Positions 29,306 through 45,830 of a DNA stretch of 64,000 nt are shown piece by piece; the stretch's first letter is position 1; every line of letters begins with the position of its first letter. The notes under the pieces are model-generated. The model did not search any database. It worked only from the letters and a program-made list of their open reading frames with translations, and was not told the origin of the DNA. Origin of the DNA: Octopus vulgaris (lineage: Eukaryota); the NCBI GenBank assembly GCA_951406725.2, contig OX597825.1:69378001-69442000 (forward strand). Reading direction: 5' to 3'. Position numbers and translations under genes: made by a program.

Positions 29306-30054
29306 TTACAATATAAATTTAAGGAAAATATAAAGAGAAATATTCTTCTGATTGCTTGGCAGTAGTTATTATTTTATCTTTCACAATGTCTATAAAATTG
29401 TGCGATATTTTTCCTCATATAATTACTCTAAGCATTGGACCACTCGAGTAAACGTGTTTATTTCATAGAATTCGTCTTGGTTTGTTCTTAATTACCGGCG
29501 CCTTGAGGAATTTCATGTTTTGTCAATGGTTACGAATATGTTAATTTTTTTTATGTAACATTTAAATCGAAACCAGTATTTTACCGGTACAAATAATAAA
29601 CATTAACCCATAAAGAGTGAAATGTGTTCGAATCCATAATACCTCAGAAAGTGGCAGCCGTACGAGAGACAAAACAGTATGTGAATCAAAGATAGAGACT
29701 TCTATGTTATTCTTGATTCAACCTGGTTCTACCATTTTAGAAATGGGCCTGTAGGATGATTTACACTCTGCCTGAAAGTGAATTACCGTATAATCATGTA
29801 TTGGATTAGTTTTTTAGAGCTGATATTAATTTAGGAGATCATTGAAAATATATTTTATATTATCGCAGCGAGTTCTTCATAGCAGTAACGGAAGATTATT
29901 GAAAGCCAAGACAATATGTTAGTTTCGATTCTCAGTTCAGATTTAATCAACGTACGGCTAAATTCGCAATGAAAATGCTATGGCAGTTATTTGAAGCAAC
30001 TTGTTATTCTTCTAGATTAAAACAAACGTGCGGTTTCAGATGACCTTTGATTAT

Positions 30055-30102
<48 letters not shown>

Positions 30103-30589
30103 TATATATAAGCATGCATATATGTATGTATTTATGCTTGTACCTATGCATATATTTCATCTACGGTAATTTATCAATGAAAGGACTTTAATATTTAATC
30201 ATTTATTCGTCGACTGTTACATATGCTTCAGACTATAATTCGTATGATGGAAACTTTCTCTTCAACTGTCACTGAATTTCGAGTTCGTTTTTCAAACTTC
30301 CATTATAACTTTAGGATAAATGGAAATTTATTTTGACAAGTTACAGTTGCTAATTTCAAACTAGATTTATTTATTAAATTAAATATGTTCTAAAATAAAC
30401 ATAAAATAGATAATGAAATAATAGATATTATTTGAATACTTATTTGTAATAGTTGATATAATTTAGTGAATTACAGATGACATCTGTATATATTTTGATT
30501 TACTATCATATATTGTGTGATTAGATGGTTTGTGCAAAATTATGTGTATTTACGTCAAATATTATTGTCTAAGAATTTATTTTATCCGT

Positions 30590-30835
30590 TCTCTTTTACT
30601 TGTTTCAATCATGAGACTGCGGCCATGCTATGGCATCGCTTTGCAGAATTTTTAGTCGAATGAATCAGTCTAAGTTCTTTTTTTATCAGTCTCTTTGGTT
30701 GAACCGCTCTGTTACGGTGGGTAATCATACCAACACCGGTCGTCAAGTGGTGGTGGGGGAACAAAAACAGATTCAAGGACACACACACATATACACATCT
30801 AAACGGCAAAATGTCTGTCTGTGTGTGTGTGTGTG
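30590..30835 (-). mobile_element. SINE family B 3' half
   Basis: cttttacttgtttcaatcatgagactgcggccatgc tail in reverse. Confidence 0.75.
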
Positions 30836-31124
30836 TATCCTTTATAAAAATCCACAATTTTTCAGTTAGAGGGCTCGCACTTTCTGTGGTCATTCAAACT
30901 CGTCCAAGGGTGGTCGTGCACATCTTTATATTTCCCCATTCCCCCCGCAAAGCCATTAAAAAAATCAATAGAAGTGATTTTTTGTGAATGTTCTATCCAA
31001 AACCCAATCAAAATGCCCGAAATTTGATACGCCAATTGAATGCCAGCTATCTGTATGTGATTGGTCGGAGATTTGGACAGTACTCGCGTGTATGTGCGCA
31101 CGCACGCAACTATATATGCATGCA

Positions 31125-31170
<46 letters not shown>

Positions 31171-31172
31171 AT

Positions 31173-31349
31173 CCCTTTGTCTTTCCTTGTTTGTCCCCTC
31201 TATGTTTAGCCCCTTATGGTAAATAAAGAAATAAGAATTGTTAGCATGCCGGGCGAAATGCTTATCAGTATTTCATCTGCTGATACGTTCTGAGTTCGAA
31301 ATCCGCCGAGGTCGACTTTACCTTCCATCCTTTCAGGGACGATAAATTA

Positions 31350-31406
<57 letters not shown>

Positions 31407-31535
31407 GACGAACTCCTTTCAGTTTCCGTCAATCAAATCAACTCACAAGGCTATATAGTAGAAGACACCTGCCCAAAATACCACGTAACTGGACTGACCC
31501 TAGAACCATGTGGTTAGCTTCTTACCATACAGCTG
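31173..31535. mobile_element. SINE family A fragment (+, 31173-31350) and family B head (-, 31403-31535) around (TA)n
   Basis: Similarity to other copies in the window. Confidence 0.75.
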
Positions 31536-31823
31536 CGTTTGAGCCTTTAGTTTTCCTACGCACTAAAAGTTATATATATGCATCTCATTAATGAGTAGAA
31601 ATATAATGTTAATAGATTTCGAGACTCCGTTACCTGTTGTTATGTCTCTCCATCAACAGGCAATCGTTTGTTAGATTGAAAAATTTCCAATCTAGCTGGA
31701 TTTATTTCCGTCACTTTTCTATCTCCTGGAAGTCATATTACGTTCTTAGGGCCTTCGACGATCATGGCTGACCATGGATGATGTCATCCGTCCGTTGAGT
31801 TGTCTATAAGGTTTTGCAATGCA

Positions 31824-32240
31824 AAGGCGGCGAGCTGGCAGAAACGTTAGCACGCCGGGCGAAATGCTTTGCGGTATTTCGTCTGTCGTTACGTTCTGAG
31901 TTCAAATTCCGCCGAGGTTGACTTTGCCTTTCATCCTTTCGGTGACGATAAATTAAGTACCAGTTACGCACTGGGGTCGATATAATCGACTTAATCCGTT
32001 TGTCTGTCCTTGTTTGTCCTCCCTGTGTTTAGCCCCTTGTGGGTAGTAAAGAAATAGGTATTTCGTCTGGCGTTACGTTCTGAGTTCAAATTCCGCCGAG
32101 GTTGACTTTGCCTTTCATCCTTTCGGTGTCGATAAATAAAGTACCAGTTTCGCACTGGGGTCGATGTAATCGGCTTAATCCCTTTGTATGTCCTTGTTTG
32201 CCCCCTCTATGTTTAGCCCCTTGTGGGCAGTTAAGAAATA
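31824..32240 (+). mobile_element. SINE family A dimer with 15-bp TSD, inserted into an RTE 3' region
   Basis: TSD tataaggttttgcaa at 31805-31819 and 32241-32255. Confidence 0.9.
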
Positions 32241-32255
32241 TATAAGGTTTTGCAA

Positions 32256-32590
32256 CGCCTCCTGTGGCTGTAGAGACCGATGCAAGAGTGACAGTTTCGT
32301 TTGCTGAGGTCACACCTATAAGTTGAATCCGGTTTGTTGGCTGTCATTTCTTTCTGCGGGCTCGGTCTTCAGCTGCCGCCACCTTCAAAATTCTCCTCGC
32401 CGGTCTGCAGTTGTTTGTGAAGAGTGCCTGTCCAGCTGGTTCGGTCGGCTGCGAGACCTCCCAGGAATTGGTGTTGATGCCAAGTGACTTCATGTCCCTC
32501 CTGCATACGTCCCTGCACTTCAGCTTCGGTCGATCAATGGTTCTCCGCCCTGCGACAAGCTCTCCGATTAGGACATCCTTTACGATCCCT
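32256..32590 (-). mobile_element. RTE/BovB-like LINE 3' fragment (probably continues at about 31740-31819)
   Basis: KDVLIGELVAGRRTIDRPKLKCRDVCRRDMKSLGINTNSWE matches the RTE K..LYGEL..G.R..GRP..R.KD..K motif. Confidence 0.85.
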
Positions 32591-32700
32591 ATTACATACT
32601 GTTCTTCATAACTAGAAATATGTGGTTTTACAAAAACTTTTGATTTGATATACATAAATTATATTTCGCTCATCGCTAATTCAAATAATTAATTGGTATT

Positions 32701-32743
32701 GTGAGTGGATTTGGTAGACGGAAACTGAAAGAAGCCCGTCGTA

Positions 32744-32792
<49 letters not shown>

Positions 32793-33845
32793 CGGGAAGC
32801 TTTATGAAAATAAACAAAAGACGAAGGCAGGTGGAAAACAAACGAACAATTGTATTAGTATGGCGCTCAGGAAATATAAATAAAACAAGTCTTTAACGTT
32901 TCGAGCCTACGCTCTTCAACAGAAAGATACACAGAGAGAGAAAAACACAGAAAGAAGGAGAGAAAAAAATGCGTGCAGTATGAAAGGAATGTAAAAAAAG
33001 TGGTAATATAAGAGAAAATAAAAATACAACAAACGGGACAGTTTATGCGAACAAGTTCAAGGTTGAAAGTTCAAGGTGAGAAATGTGTAGACGTCGTGGT
33101 ATATTTTTTAAGGATTTCACATCAATGCAAAGTCACTTTGATCCGCGAAAGAGAGGTGCAGCCAATGGTAAGTATCCAAGAGGTAAAGAAAATCCAAGGT
33201 AGAGGTAAGTGTTGATAGTGGTATTGGTAGAATATAGGATGAAAGTGAGACCACGTGAGCGCATAATATATAACGGGAAGCTTTATGAAAATAAACAAAA
33301 GACGAAGGCAGGTGGAAAACAAACGAACAATTGTATTAGTATGGCGCTCAGGAAATATAAATAAAACAAGTCTTTAACGTTTCGAGCCTACGCTCTTCAA
33401 CAGAAAGATACACAGAGAGAGAAAAACACAGAAAGAAGGAGAGAAAAAAATGCGTGCAGTATGAAAGGAATGTAAAAAAAGTGGTAATATAAGAGAAAAT
33501 AAAAATACAACAAACGGGACAGTTTATGCGAACAAGTTCAAGGTTGAAAGTTCAAGGTGAGAAATGTGTAGACGTCGTGGTATATTTTTTAAGGATTTCA
33601 CATCAATATATATATATTTGTGTGTGTGTGTGTGATTGTGTGTCTCTGCTTGTCCTCCCAACGTCGCTTGACAACCGATGCTGGTGTCTTTACGTCCCCG
33701 TAACTTACCGGCTCGGCAAAAGAGACCGATAGAATAAGTACTAGGCTTACAAAAAGTAAGTCCTGGGGTCGATTTGCTCGACTAAATGCGGTGCTCCAGC
33801 ATGACCGCAGTCAAATGACTAAAACAACTAAAACAGTAAAAAAGT
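32701..33845 (+). mobile_element. SINE family B split at its internal TA tract by a Penelope-like insert
   Basis: Head part 32701-32741, tail part 33620-33845. Confidence 0.8.
32791..33607 (-). mobile_element. Partial-tandem (pLTR-like) Penelope-like fragment with two minimal hammerheads
   Basis: Identical 336-bp direct repeats at 32791 and 33272 (period 481); minus strand cttt-CTGTTGA-agagcgtaggctc-GAAAC-GTT-aaag at 32891-32926 and 33372-33407. Confidence 0.85.
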
Positions 33846-34569
33846 ATATATCTTAAAATGTACAAAGGTAAACTTTTTTTAGTTAGCTCGATGAGTAATA
33901 TGCAAATCAGAACAATCCAATTTTATGGAAGCTACTTTTTCCAATTGCAACTAGCTATGATCATAAACTGTATATGTCTATGAAAGATGAAGAGGCAGGT
34001 ACATAATAAGATGTATCTGTTTTATCTCAGTGAAACCTCATAAAATCAGCTATAAAATTTTGCTTAATTATCCATAAGAACTTTTTAATGCAACTACAAT
34101 CAATGCAAGTATATACTTACTCACACACACACACAGACACACACATACACAAATACGTGCTTACACACACACTCGCATACATATATACATACATACACAT
34201 ACACTTATGTAAAAGTTGCAAATTCGATATTTGTATCCATCAAAAGTTGACTTTTTTTTTATTTAAGTAGGCCTCTGGCCAAAACTCTATACCAATATAT
34301 AATACATAGGTATGTGCATATATTTATATCATACACACACACATCAGTGTGTGTCTGTCTCTCTGTGAATATGTGTGTCTGTTTATCGATATCTATCTAT
34401 CTATCTATTTATCTATCTATCTATCTAAATATATACATACATACATAGATACACACATATATATATATATATATAAATATATATATATATACTCAGACAC
34501 ACACAAATTCATACAAACACACACACACCTAGGGATAAAGAGGTAAAATTAAATATATATGTGTCAGTT

Positions 34570-34610
<41 letters not shown>

Positions 34611-34613
<3 letters not shown>

Positions 34614-36076
34614 TGATTGATTGATTGATTCTAGTTTCAGCTTATGAGCTGTGGCCATGCTGGGGCACCGCCATTTGGTGTTGCTACTTGGTTTCACTTC
34701 ATGGAGGCTTTCTAGCAACTGCTATTTAGTGCATGAGAGAGTTCGATGCAGCTGCCCTCATCTGCCCCTCCTGCCGTGAAGTTGGTTCATCTGGGACACC
34801 TGACAGGAAGAGATCCAGCTTCATTTTAAAGACATCTGTATCCACCCCATGCAGGTCTCTCAGGTTCTTCGGGAGGATATTGAAGAGCTGTGGGCCTCGG
34901 AAGCCCAGGCTATCACAGAATCTTGTCCTACATCTTGATGGCAGGTTTGGAGTCCTAGGCACCACGCAGTGGCGCCCAGTTCTGGCATTTGCGTAACTCT
35001 CGATGCCAAAGTTCAGGACACTTCCCTCCAGGATCTTCCAGATGTATATTATGGCATATCTTTCCCGCCTACGCTCCAGGGAATATAATTTTAATCTCTT
35101 GAGTCTTTCCCAGTAGCTTACATTCTGCATAGAGGCTATCTTCTTTGTGTAGCTTCGTTGGATCGCCTCAAGTTCTGTGATCAACTTGACACTGGATGGT
35201 GACCATAGCTGAGAGCAATAGTCAAAGTGGCTTAGGACAAGTGTCTTCCAGAGGACCATCATGGTTTCTTGTTCTCTTGTTCTAAAGGTTCTAAGAATCC
35301 ATCCAGCCAGCCGTCTACATTTCATTGTCAGTTTAGCAACATGTACATGAAAGGTCGCGTCATCACTCATGTGAATACCAAGGTCACGCACTGATTGTGC
35401 CTCTGGGATTGCAATCCCTCCGGGTCCAGTGTATTCATTGGGTATTGCATTCAGTTTTGCATGCTGATAGTATAAAGCTTGAAACTTTCCAGCATTGAAC
35501 TGCATGCTATTCTTTTCAGCCCACTTGTATATTTCGTCCAGCTCACATTGCAGGTGTTTAGTGTCCTCAGGGTTCTGTATTGCCTGTGAGACTTTTGTAT
35601 CATCTGCATAACTTGTGATCGTGGCTCTCTGCGTGGCTGAGGGCATGTCTGAGAGGGCCATTATGAACAGTAGTGGTCCCAGAACAGTGCCCTGCGGAAC
35701 ACCGCTCACTATTTGTGTGTTAATGGAGGTGGCCCCATTGGCTACTACCACCTGACTTCTATCCTTCAGAAAGTCATGAAGCCATTCTCCCAGTTTTCCA
35801 ACTATGTTGAGATCACGCAGTTTGTGACATATCATTCCATGATCGACTTTATCAAAGGCCTTTGCAAAGTCGAGATATATCACTTCCACATTTGAGTGGT
35901 TGAGCAGCCGTTTCAGCACCCAGTCATAGTGTTGTAGGAGCTGAGTTAAACAGCTTCTCCCTGGTCGGAAACCATGTTGGGTGTCGGGCAGCAAGTCATT
36001 CTCTTCAAGGAAGGTGATCAGCTTCCTTCTGACTATTCGTTCCATGACCTTGCTGATGTGTGAGGTCAGAGAGGTC
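34611..36076 (-). mobile_element. Young 5'-truncated CR1-group LINE with (AATC)n tail, inserted in (TA)n
   Basis: Uninterrupted RT frame, 3' UTR with stem-loop, tail gattgattgatt on + strand, TA tracts on both sides. Confidence 0.92.
34726..36076 (-). CDS. LINE ORF2 fragment: reverse transcriptase plus C-terminus (5'-truncated)
   Basis: QHGFRPGRSC, YLDFAKAFDKVDH, GVPQGTVLGPLLF, YADDTK, VRDLG, LYSLERRRERY; the first ~22 aa of the ORF-track entry come from SINE/microsatellite sequence. Confidence 0.9.
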
Positions 36077-36099
36077 ATATATATATATATATATACATA

Positions 36100-36350
36100 C
36101 ACGTGACGTGCTTCTTTCAGTTTCCGTTTACCAAATCCATTCACAAGGCTTTGTTCGGACCGAGGCTATGATAGAAAACAGTTGGTCAAGGCACCACGCT
36201 GTGAGACGGAACCAGAAACCATGCCTTTGGTAATCAAGCCTTTTACCACACTGGAATTTTTGCAAGATATTAAACAGGTGTGGTCCTTTGATTTCCAAGG
36301 TATTGCAGTACCTGGTCCTTTCACTAGACGGGGTCTTAAACCCCCACGCA
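36100..36350 (-). mobile_element. SINE family B head (36100-36253) and an older fragment of the same CR1-group LINE (36254-36350)
   Basis: PSSERTRYCNTLEIKGPHLFNILQK aligns to PSRCRTRFCDSLGFRGPQLFNILPK of the 472-aa ORF. Confidence 0.75.
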
Positions 36351-36395
36351 CTCACTAACACACGCACACACACACACACACACACACCTCGCCCC

Positions 36396-36427
<32 letters not shown>

Positions 36428-36871
36428 TGAGAGGCAGACTAGCAAACAGAGAAATAGAGCTAAGCAAGAGATTGAGCTTACGAATGAGGTTAGGCTTATG
36501 AGGATTGTGATATTTCACTGTCATTGGTTAGCTACTTTATTACAAAATACACAGTAAGCAAGGTGGTGTATTGGCAGGATACTGGTCACAATTATTGTCG
36601 TTGGCCAAAGTACAGCCGATAGGGGATATATTGCAGAAATCGCCGTTTCATATATGTTGTCATCAGGAAGTGGCCACACCGCAAGTTTTATCATATCAGT
36701 ATTAGGAGGTTTAGATTTTCCGGCATCGGAGAAAATTCATAATGGACGCAAATATGATATTTTTCTATTGATAACGACATCTGCACAACACCTCAGATCT
36801 CCATACGCAGATCGCAGGCTGTTTAGTTTACTTTTTAATTAGGGCTCTTTTGAGATACGAAATGTATATGG

Positions 36872-39899
<3,028 letters not shown>

Positions 39900-41704
39900 T
39901 ATCCTGTCTTCGATGTTTCCTAAATTTGATGTTAACATCATTTGAACAACGTTGATTGTACGTGTTCAAACCCGTGCTCATACTCTATCGTTCTTAGTGG
40001 CATTAGACCACGCAACAATTTATTCTATCTGACGTCTTGCGCTCAGTGCGATCCTGGTTCCATGTATCCACAAACTGAACACCTCGTGACATTTCCTTCG
40101 CATGTACCCGTAAAATGATCATGCAAACCTGAGAGTCTTCACCTCGGAAGCCGCTACTAAAAATGTACCTGTGTAATGACTTCTCTTTAATTTTATATGT
40201 CGACGATTGGAATTAGATATTTACAACACACACATTCATTTTATTAATGGCCAATAAGACATCTTAATAATTTCTTATCTAGTCCTGTCAACATTTATCA
40301 TAGCTTAGGCTGTGATGGAATGCGTCGGGAGTTGTCTAACTAAACTTATTGAGATTCGTCAAAATCGCTTTGACTTATCCCACTTATTTCCTGATAAAGT
40401 AACTGTCATCGAACCGATTACACTAATGAACCTTCTATAGACGTTGTTCCACTTATTTCTAATTGCATCGGCAGACTGGTTAAAACATGATTATACTGGT
40501 GTTTAAATCTATATTTTTAAAATTCAATTTCCAAAGAATTAGCCACTTAATCACTCACATTCTAATTTCTTTGTACGTGTGGTTTTCTGTTATTTCGGGA
40601 GAAGAACGTGATAATTTCATATCAATTAAAACAGTTGAACTGGCTGGAATTCCATGAGATTCTTCAGCTGCTATAAGTCATGCTTTGTAAGATATTATCT
40701 CCGGCAGTTATGTCTATAGAAATCTATGCAAAGTTTAACGAATTAACCACTTTTCAAAACTTATTTTGAAACTTCGCTTTCTTCCCCTGCTTCGTACATG
40801 TCTTCGTTTGTATTAGTTTCCTTGAACTTTGCATGCCTTCCATAAGTTATTCATAGCTGTAGGAAATATACTTAACCTTTTCTTTAAACTTTACATAGTT
40901 TCTGTTTAAATAGTCAAAGCTAATTAACCAGTTTGATTATTTATTAATGTAATGAGGAAGCATATGGCGTATAGAAATTAATAAACGTATGAGCGAGGGT
41001 CAGTATGAAGTAATTTTATATATTTCGCTAAATGAAAGTTATTACCGTTTAATCTCAGGCTCTGTCTACTCGTGCAGGCCTATGGTCAAAAGCGTACTAA
41101 ATTTGACCATTCAATCTCATTTTTATTTTATCTAAAACGACGTTTTCTTGTTGTGCATCCTTTTGTTTATAGATACTCTATGTTAAGAGGGAGAATTGGT
41201 TGTTATATTTAACAGGTCGTGCGACGTCGAGAAGTTTCCTATATTGGCTCCACTATATGACAATAATTGAGTAAAACAAGAATCTAAAGAAACCCGTGTT
41301 AGATATTTTGAGCAACAAAGAAACAATAGCAGAGTTTATAGATTAGATCCAATTATTTTATCTGCAATGAGGAACGACCAATCAGTGGTCTTTCATCATC
41401 CTATCATGATTGAAAATATAATAGCATGTAAATATAGGATAAAGTAAGTAGATAAAGGCGTAGTCGTAGCATATCCAATGGCAACTGATTTAGTACATCC
41501 ATGATCGAAGGCGTACTAGTTGTGACAAAATCCGTCTTTTTGAAACGTAGAAGAGTATCAGGATTACACAACCAAAGTGTCGTTACTTTTCGTTTTGAAA
41601 GATGATACAGGTTTACTTAACTGAGCTTTGGTTGTCGTATCGGCGACAATGAGCGACCATTTGGAATTGCTTGCTTCAACGCATAATTAGTTTAATAATT
41701 ATTT

Positions 41705-42241
41705 CTATCACCGGTACAAGGGCTAAAACTTTGCGGGAGGGCGCGTGTCGATTACATCATCCCCAGTGTTCAACTGGTAATTATTTTATCGATTCGTACA
41801 AGAGAAAACGCTCAGTCGCGCTTAGTGGAATTTGAACTCAGAAAGGTAGAGTGTCGGAACAAATCTCATTTCGCAATTTGTCAGACGCGCTAATGATTCT
41901 GCCAGCTCGCCATTTTAAACTGTCACCACATATATTACGACGGAGAGGGTTCCAGGTGACCCGATGAAAGTAACAGCCTGCTAGTGTAATTAACATGCAA
42001 GTGGCTGAATACTCCACAGACACAGGTAACGTTGACTTATTTCTCAAGGAGAATCAGCGTGACAGCATGTGATAATACCGGTCTTTTGAATGACAGGTAC
42101 AATTCGTTTTTGCCAGCTGAGTGGACTGGAGCAAGACAAAATATAAGTGTCTTGCTCAAGAACACAGCACACCGCCAGGAATCGAACTCACGGCCTTGCT
42201 ACCGCCTGATGATTACCCTAACCACTACGCCGCGCCTTCAT
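41705..42241 (-). mobile_element. Adjacent SINE family A (41705-41912) and family C (41938-42241) copies
   Basis: ggaatttgaactcagaa...gattctgccagctcgcc; gagggttccaggtgacccgat...gtggactggagcaa...ttgctcaagaacac. Confidence 0.75.
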
Positions 42242-43003
42242 TCGCCACCTTATAGTTAGTTTAGAAATGTGGCATCGCATCTTCGTATATCTAATATATT
42301 GACTCGGATAACTCGAAAGGGTATAATGAGAAGGATTTAGTTTGATAATATATATACATGGGGTTTCGTGTATTCAGCAGAAATTCCGATAATTAAAAAC
42401 AAATCAAAAACAAATAACACAACATATAGTATTCTAAATACATTTAATTAAGGAATTTAAATAAACATAATATATGGCCATCTGTTGGCTAATATTTACT
42501 CATTATTTTATCAGACGCGGTAGTAGCTAAATAAAAAAATTACACAAATGAAATTGACTTTAGTTGTATTGCTATATTATTTGAAAAGAATTGCATGAGG
42601 GAATGGAACCGACTGCGGTAACAAATCGGTCGACAACCATGGGACTACATAGAATTTTAATGACATGTTTGTTTTTATTAAATGACGCTGGTGAAATATT
42701 TTCTTTGGCACGAGAAAGGTTCGAAGAGAGAGATATATACGATACCTGCAGTCTTTAGGGTAGCTCTGAAAGAAAAGAAAGATGATTACCAGTGAGCAAC
42801 GACAGAAAGTAAAGGAAAAAGAAGGGGAGGGCGAGAGTGACAGGCAGAGAATGGTGAACGGGAGTAAGAAAGAGAAATAGAGAAAGAATGAGAGAGAAAA
42901 CGATAGAGGGAGATAAACTTACTTGGAAATGAATGTGTAGCGTTCAATCAAATAATATAAATTATATATATATGTATGTGTGAGTGTGTGTGTGTATGTG
43001 TGT

Positions 43004-43250
43004 GTGGAGGCGCGTGGCTTAGTGGTTACGGTACCAGCACCATGAACGTAAGATTGTGGCTTCGATTCCTGGACCGGGCGACGCGTTGTATTCTTGAGCA
43101 AAACACTTCATTTCACGTTGCTCCAGTCCAATCAGCTGGCAAAAATGAGTAACGCTGCGATGGACTGGCGTCCCGTCCAGCTGGGGAACACATACGCCAT
43201 AGAAACCGGGAAACCGGGCCCATGAGCATGGCTAGGCTTTAATAGGGCGC
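43004..43250 (+). mobile_element. SINE family C (Meta-like core), full length, ending at (TA)n
   Basis: gtggaggcgcgtggcttagtggtta...ttcgattcctggacc...ttgagcaaaacact...ctccagtcca.tcagctggcaaaaatgagt. Confidence 0.85.
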
Positions 43251-43253
43251 ATT

Positions 43254-43306
<53 letters not shown>

Positions 43307-43344
43307 CATATATATATATATGCAGATAGACAAATATGTACATA

Positions 43345-43429
<85 letters not shown>

Positions 43430-44171
43430 CTATCTATACATAAGTATGCATAAGAAAGGGGAAATTTACTTGTATATATTGCTGTTAATGTTATTTCTAT
43501 GTTAGCACATTTCTGTACACTTTGTAGGCATAGAAGCATCGAAAGCCTTGAAATAGACACTAAAAGAGAACCAACAAAAAATCAAAACAACACTCAACGT
43601 GTTTAATCGATTAATTTGTGTTACATTATCATGAAAATCAGATTACATTTAAGTCATTACCAGAAACTTTATAGATAGATATATTTGTATATCGGCCAGA
43701 AAAAGGATTCATGAAGCGCAATACGGCATACACAGAGCTCCTCTAAGTGAGTGCTTGTCAATCTAATGAGGCAGACGAGTACAAACATCGTATGTGACCT
43801 GAGATTGTGGAGTAAATGCTGCAGGAGCTGAACGTAGTAAGTCCTTCAAACATATTTGGTGCAGAGCCAAAAACACACTTAAGGAGAATAGAACGTAGTT
43901 TAAATTTTACAGTGTAGTTCAAAAAATATTGTCTAATGGTTTTATATCCTCTTAGCATTTTAGTAAATCGTGCCTCATGTTTTGATGGTTTGTGGTTTTT
44001 CAATCGGTGGAAAATCAACAAATATTTTCCCGAAGGTGTTCTCCTGCAACGAATGCAACTGCGAATAGCATATTCGAATTCAAATCTACTGTAACCTAAG
44101 GGGACTAATTAAGTAAGCTATGATTTTGATCGATGTTCACCTTTGGTATGAAAATTTAATACTATTATTAT

Positions 44172-44402
44172 TATTATTATTATTATTATTAAGGAGGTGA
44201 GCCGGCAGAATCGTTAGCACGCTGGACGAAATGCTTAGGGGTGTTCCGCCCTTTGATTTGTTTTGAGTTAAAATTCCGCCGAGATTGACTTTCCTTTCAT
44301 TCTTCGGGGTCGATAAATTAAGTACCATTTACACATTAGGGTGGATGTAATCGGCTAGTCCCCTCCCCACATATTTCAGACCTTGTGTCTTTAGTAGAAA
44401 GG

Positions 44403-44465
<63 letters not shown>

Positions 44466-44697
44466 TTGTTGTTGTTCTTATGTAGGCGACGAGACAGCTG
44501 AATCGTTAGAACGCCGGGCATTTTGTCCGACTTGATGTTTTGAGTTCAAATTCCGCCAAGGTCGTTTTTGCGTTACATTCTTCTGACGTCGATAAAATAA
44601 GTACGAGTGAAACACTGGATTCACTGTAATCGATTTAGTCCCTTTCCCCAAAAAATGTCAGTCCTTGTGCCTTCCCTAGAAAGGATTATTATTATCA

Positions 44698-44758
<61 letters not shown>

Positions 44759-44985
44759 GGCGGCGAGCTGGCAGAATCGTTAGTACGCCCGGCAAAATGC
44801 TTAGCAGCAATTCATCCGCCTATAACGTGCTGCTTTCGAATTCCGACGAGGTCGACTTTGCATTTCATCTTTTAGTGGTCGATAAAATAAGTACCTTTTG
44901 AATACTGAGGTCGATGAAATGGAACTACCTCATCTCCCTAACTTAATGACCTTGTACCAAAATTTGAAACCAACTTCGTTATTAT
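44172..44985 (+). mobile_element. Three head-to-tail SINE family A copies separated by (ATT)n
   Basis: Heads at about 44191, 44483 and 44758, each preceded and followed by (ATT)n. Confidence 0.85.
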
Positions 44986-45049
44986 TATTATGCAAAAATT
45001 GTGTAATACTGTGCATTGATATTGAAAGCTCATCACGTAACTAGAAACT

Positions 45050-45083
<34 letters not shown>

Positions 45084-45439
45084 GTATATGTATGTAACGA
45101 TTTATATTATATATGTTTGCATATATATACATACACACATATATATTTTTTTTCTGTTTTATTATTCATTAATAATTCTATTTATATTTAGATTTTATTC
45201 ATTTTAAATTAATTTACGGCGTTATTAATTTTCTGAAAAAATGTAACAAATTATGTGTATAAAAATAAATCTGTCATGACATCAAAGTATTTTCACTTTA
45301 TGAAATACTATTTTCGTAAGTATAATGTGTCAAGCTTCTATTTGTGTAACGGCTTTCTGATATATGTTTTGTTTTCCTCTGTGGCTCGACATGCAATTAT
45401 TATTTTTCTAGCCGAGATCACTGGATTTGGTAGAAATAG

Positions 45440-45830
45440 GGGTTATTTTATCTCGTCATCCCCCTGCCAAAGAAAGGAGAAATTGGATAGTATAATCCTA
45501 GATGTAAAAAGGAAAATGAAGGATTATCAAGGAGGCAAACTGTTTGGTCACAGAGTAACTCAATTTGAGATGTGCTTGAGTTATACAACAAGAAGAACAT
45601 CAACACATTCGAGACAATGACTGTCATACTAACATCAGCAAATCACTTCTCCTATCACTTCCACCAAAGAAATAACCACCTGTTGCTAATAAGTAAAGGC
45701 TTAGGTGCATGTGCTTTACGTAATTCTTTAGACACCTCTGCAGTTGCTAGCATGTATAGACACTCTCAAAACTCCCGAAAATTAAAACCCAGTGGCACGT
45801 CCACGTTGTACAGCTAGGAGAGGAATGTGC
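45440..45830 (+). mobile_element. Degraded LINE-like fragment (clade uncertain)
   Basis: Coding-like composition with frameshifts, no full RT motif; resembles a common LINE C-terminus by recognition only. Confidence 0.35.

Noticed and set aside
36635-36670. Minus-strand CTGATGA-caacatatat-GAAAC
   Set aside because: No stem II closure and no stem I partner after an NUH triplet
44172-44985. Regularly spaced repeats resembling a CRISPR array
   Set aside because: Diverged SINE copies separated by (ATT)n in eukaryotic DNA; no cas genes or fixed repeat-spacer pattern
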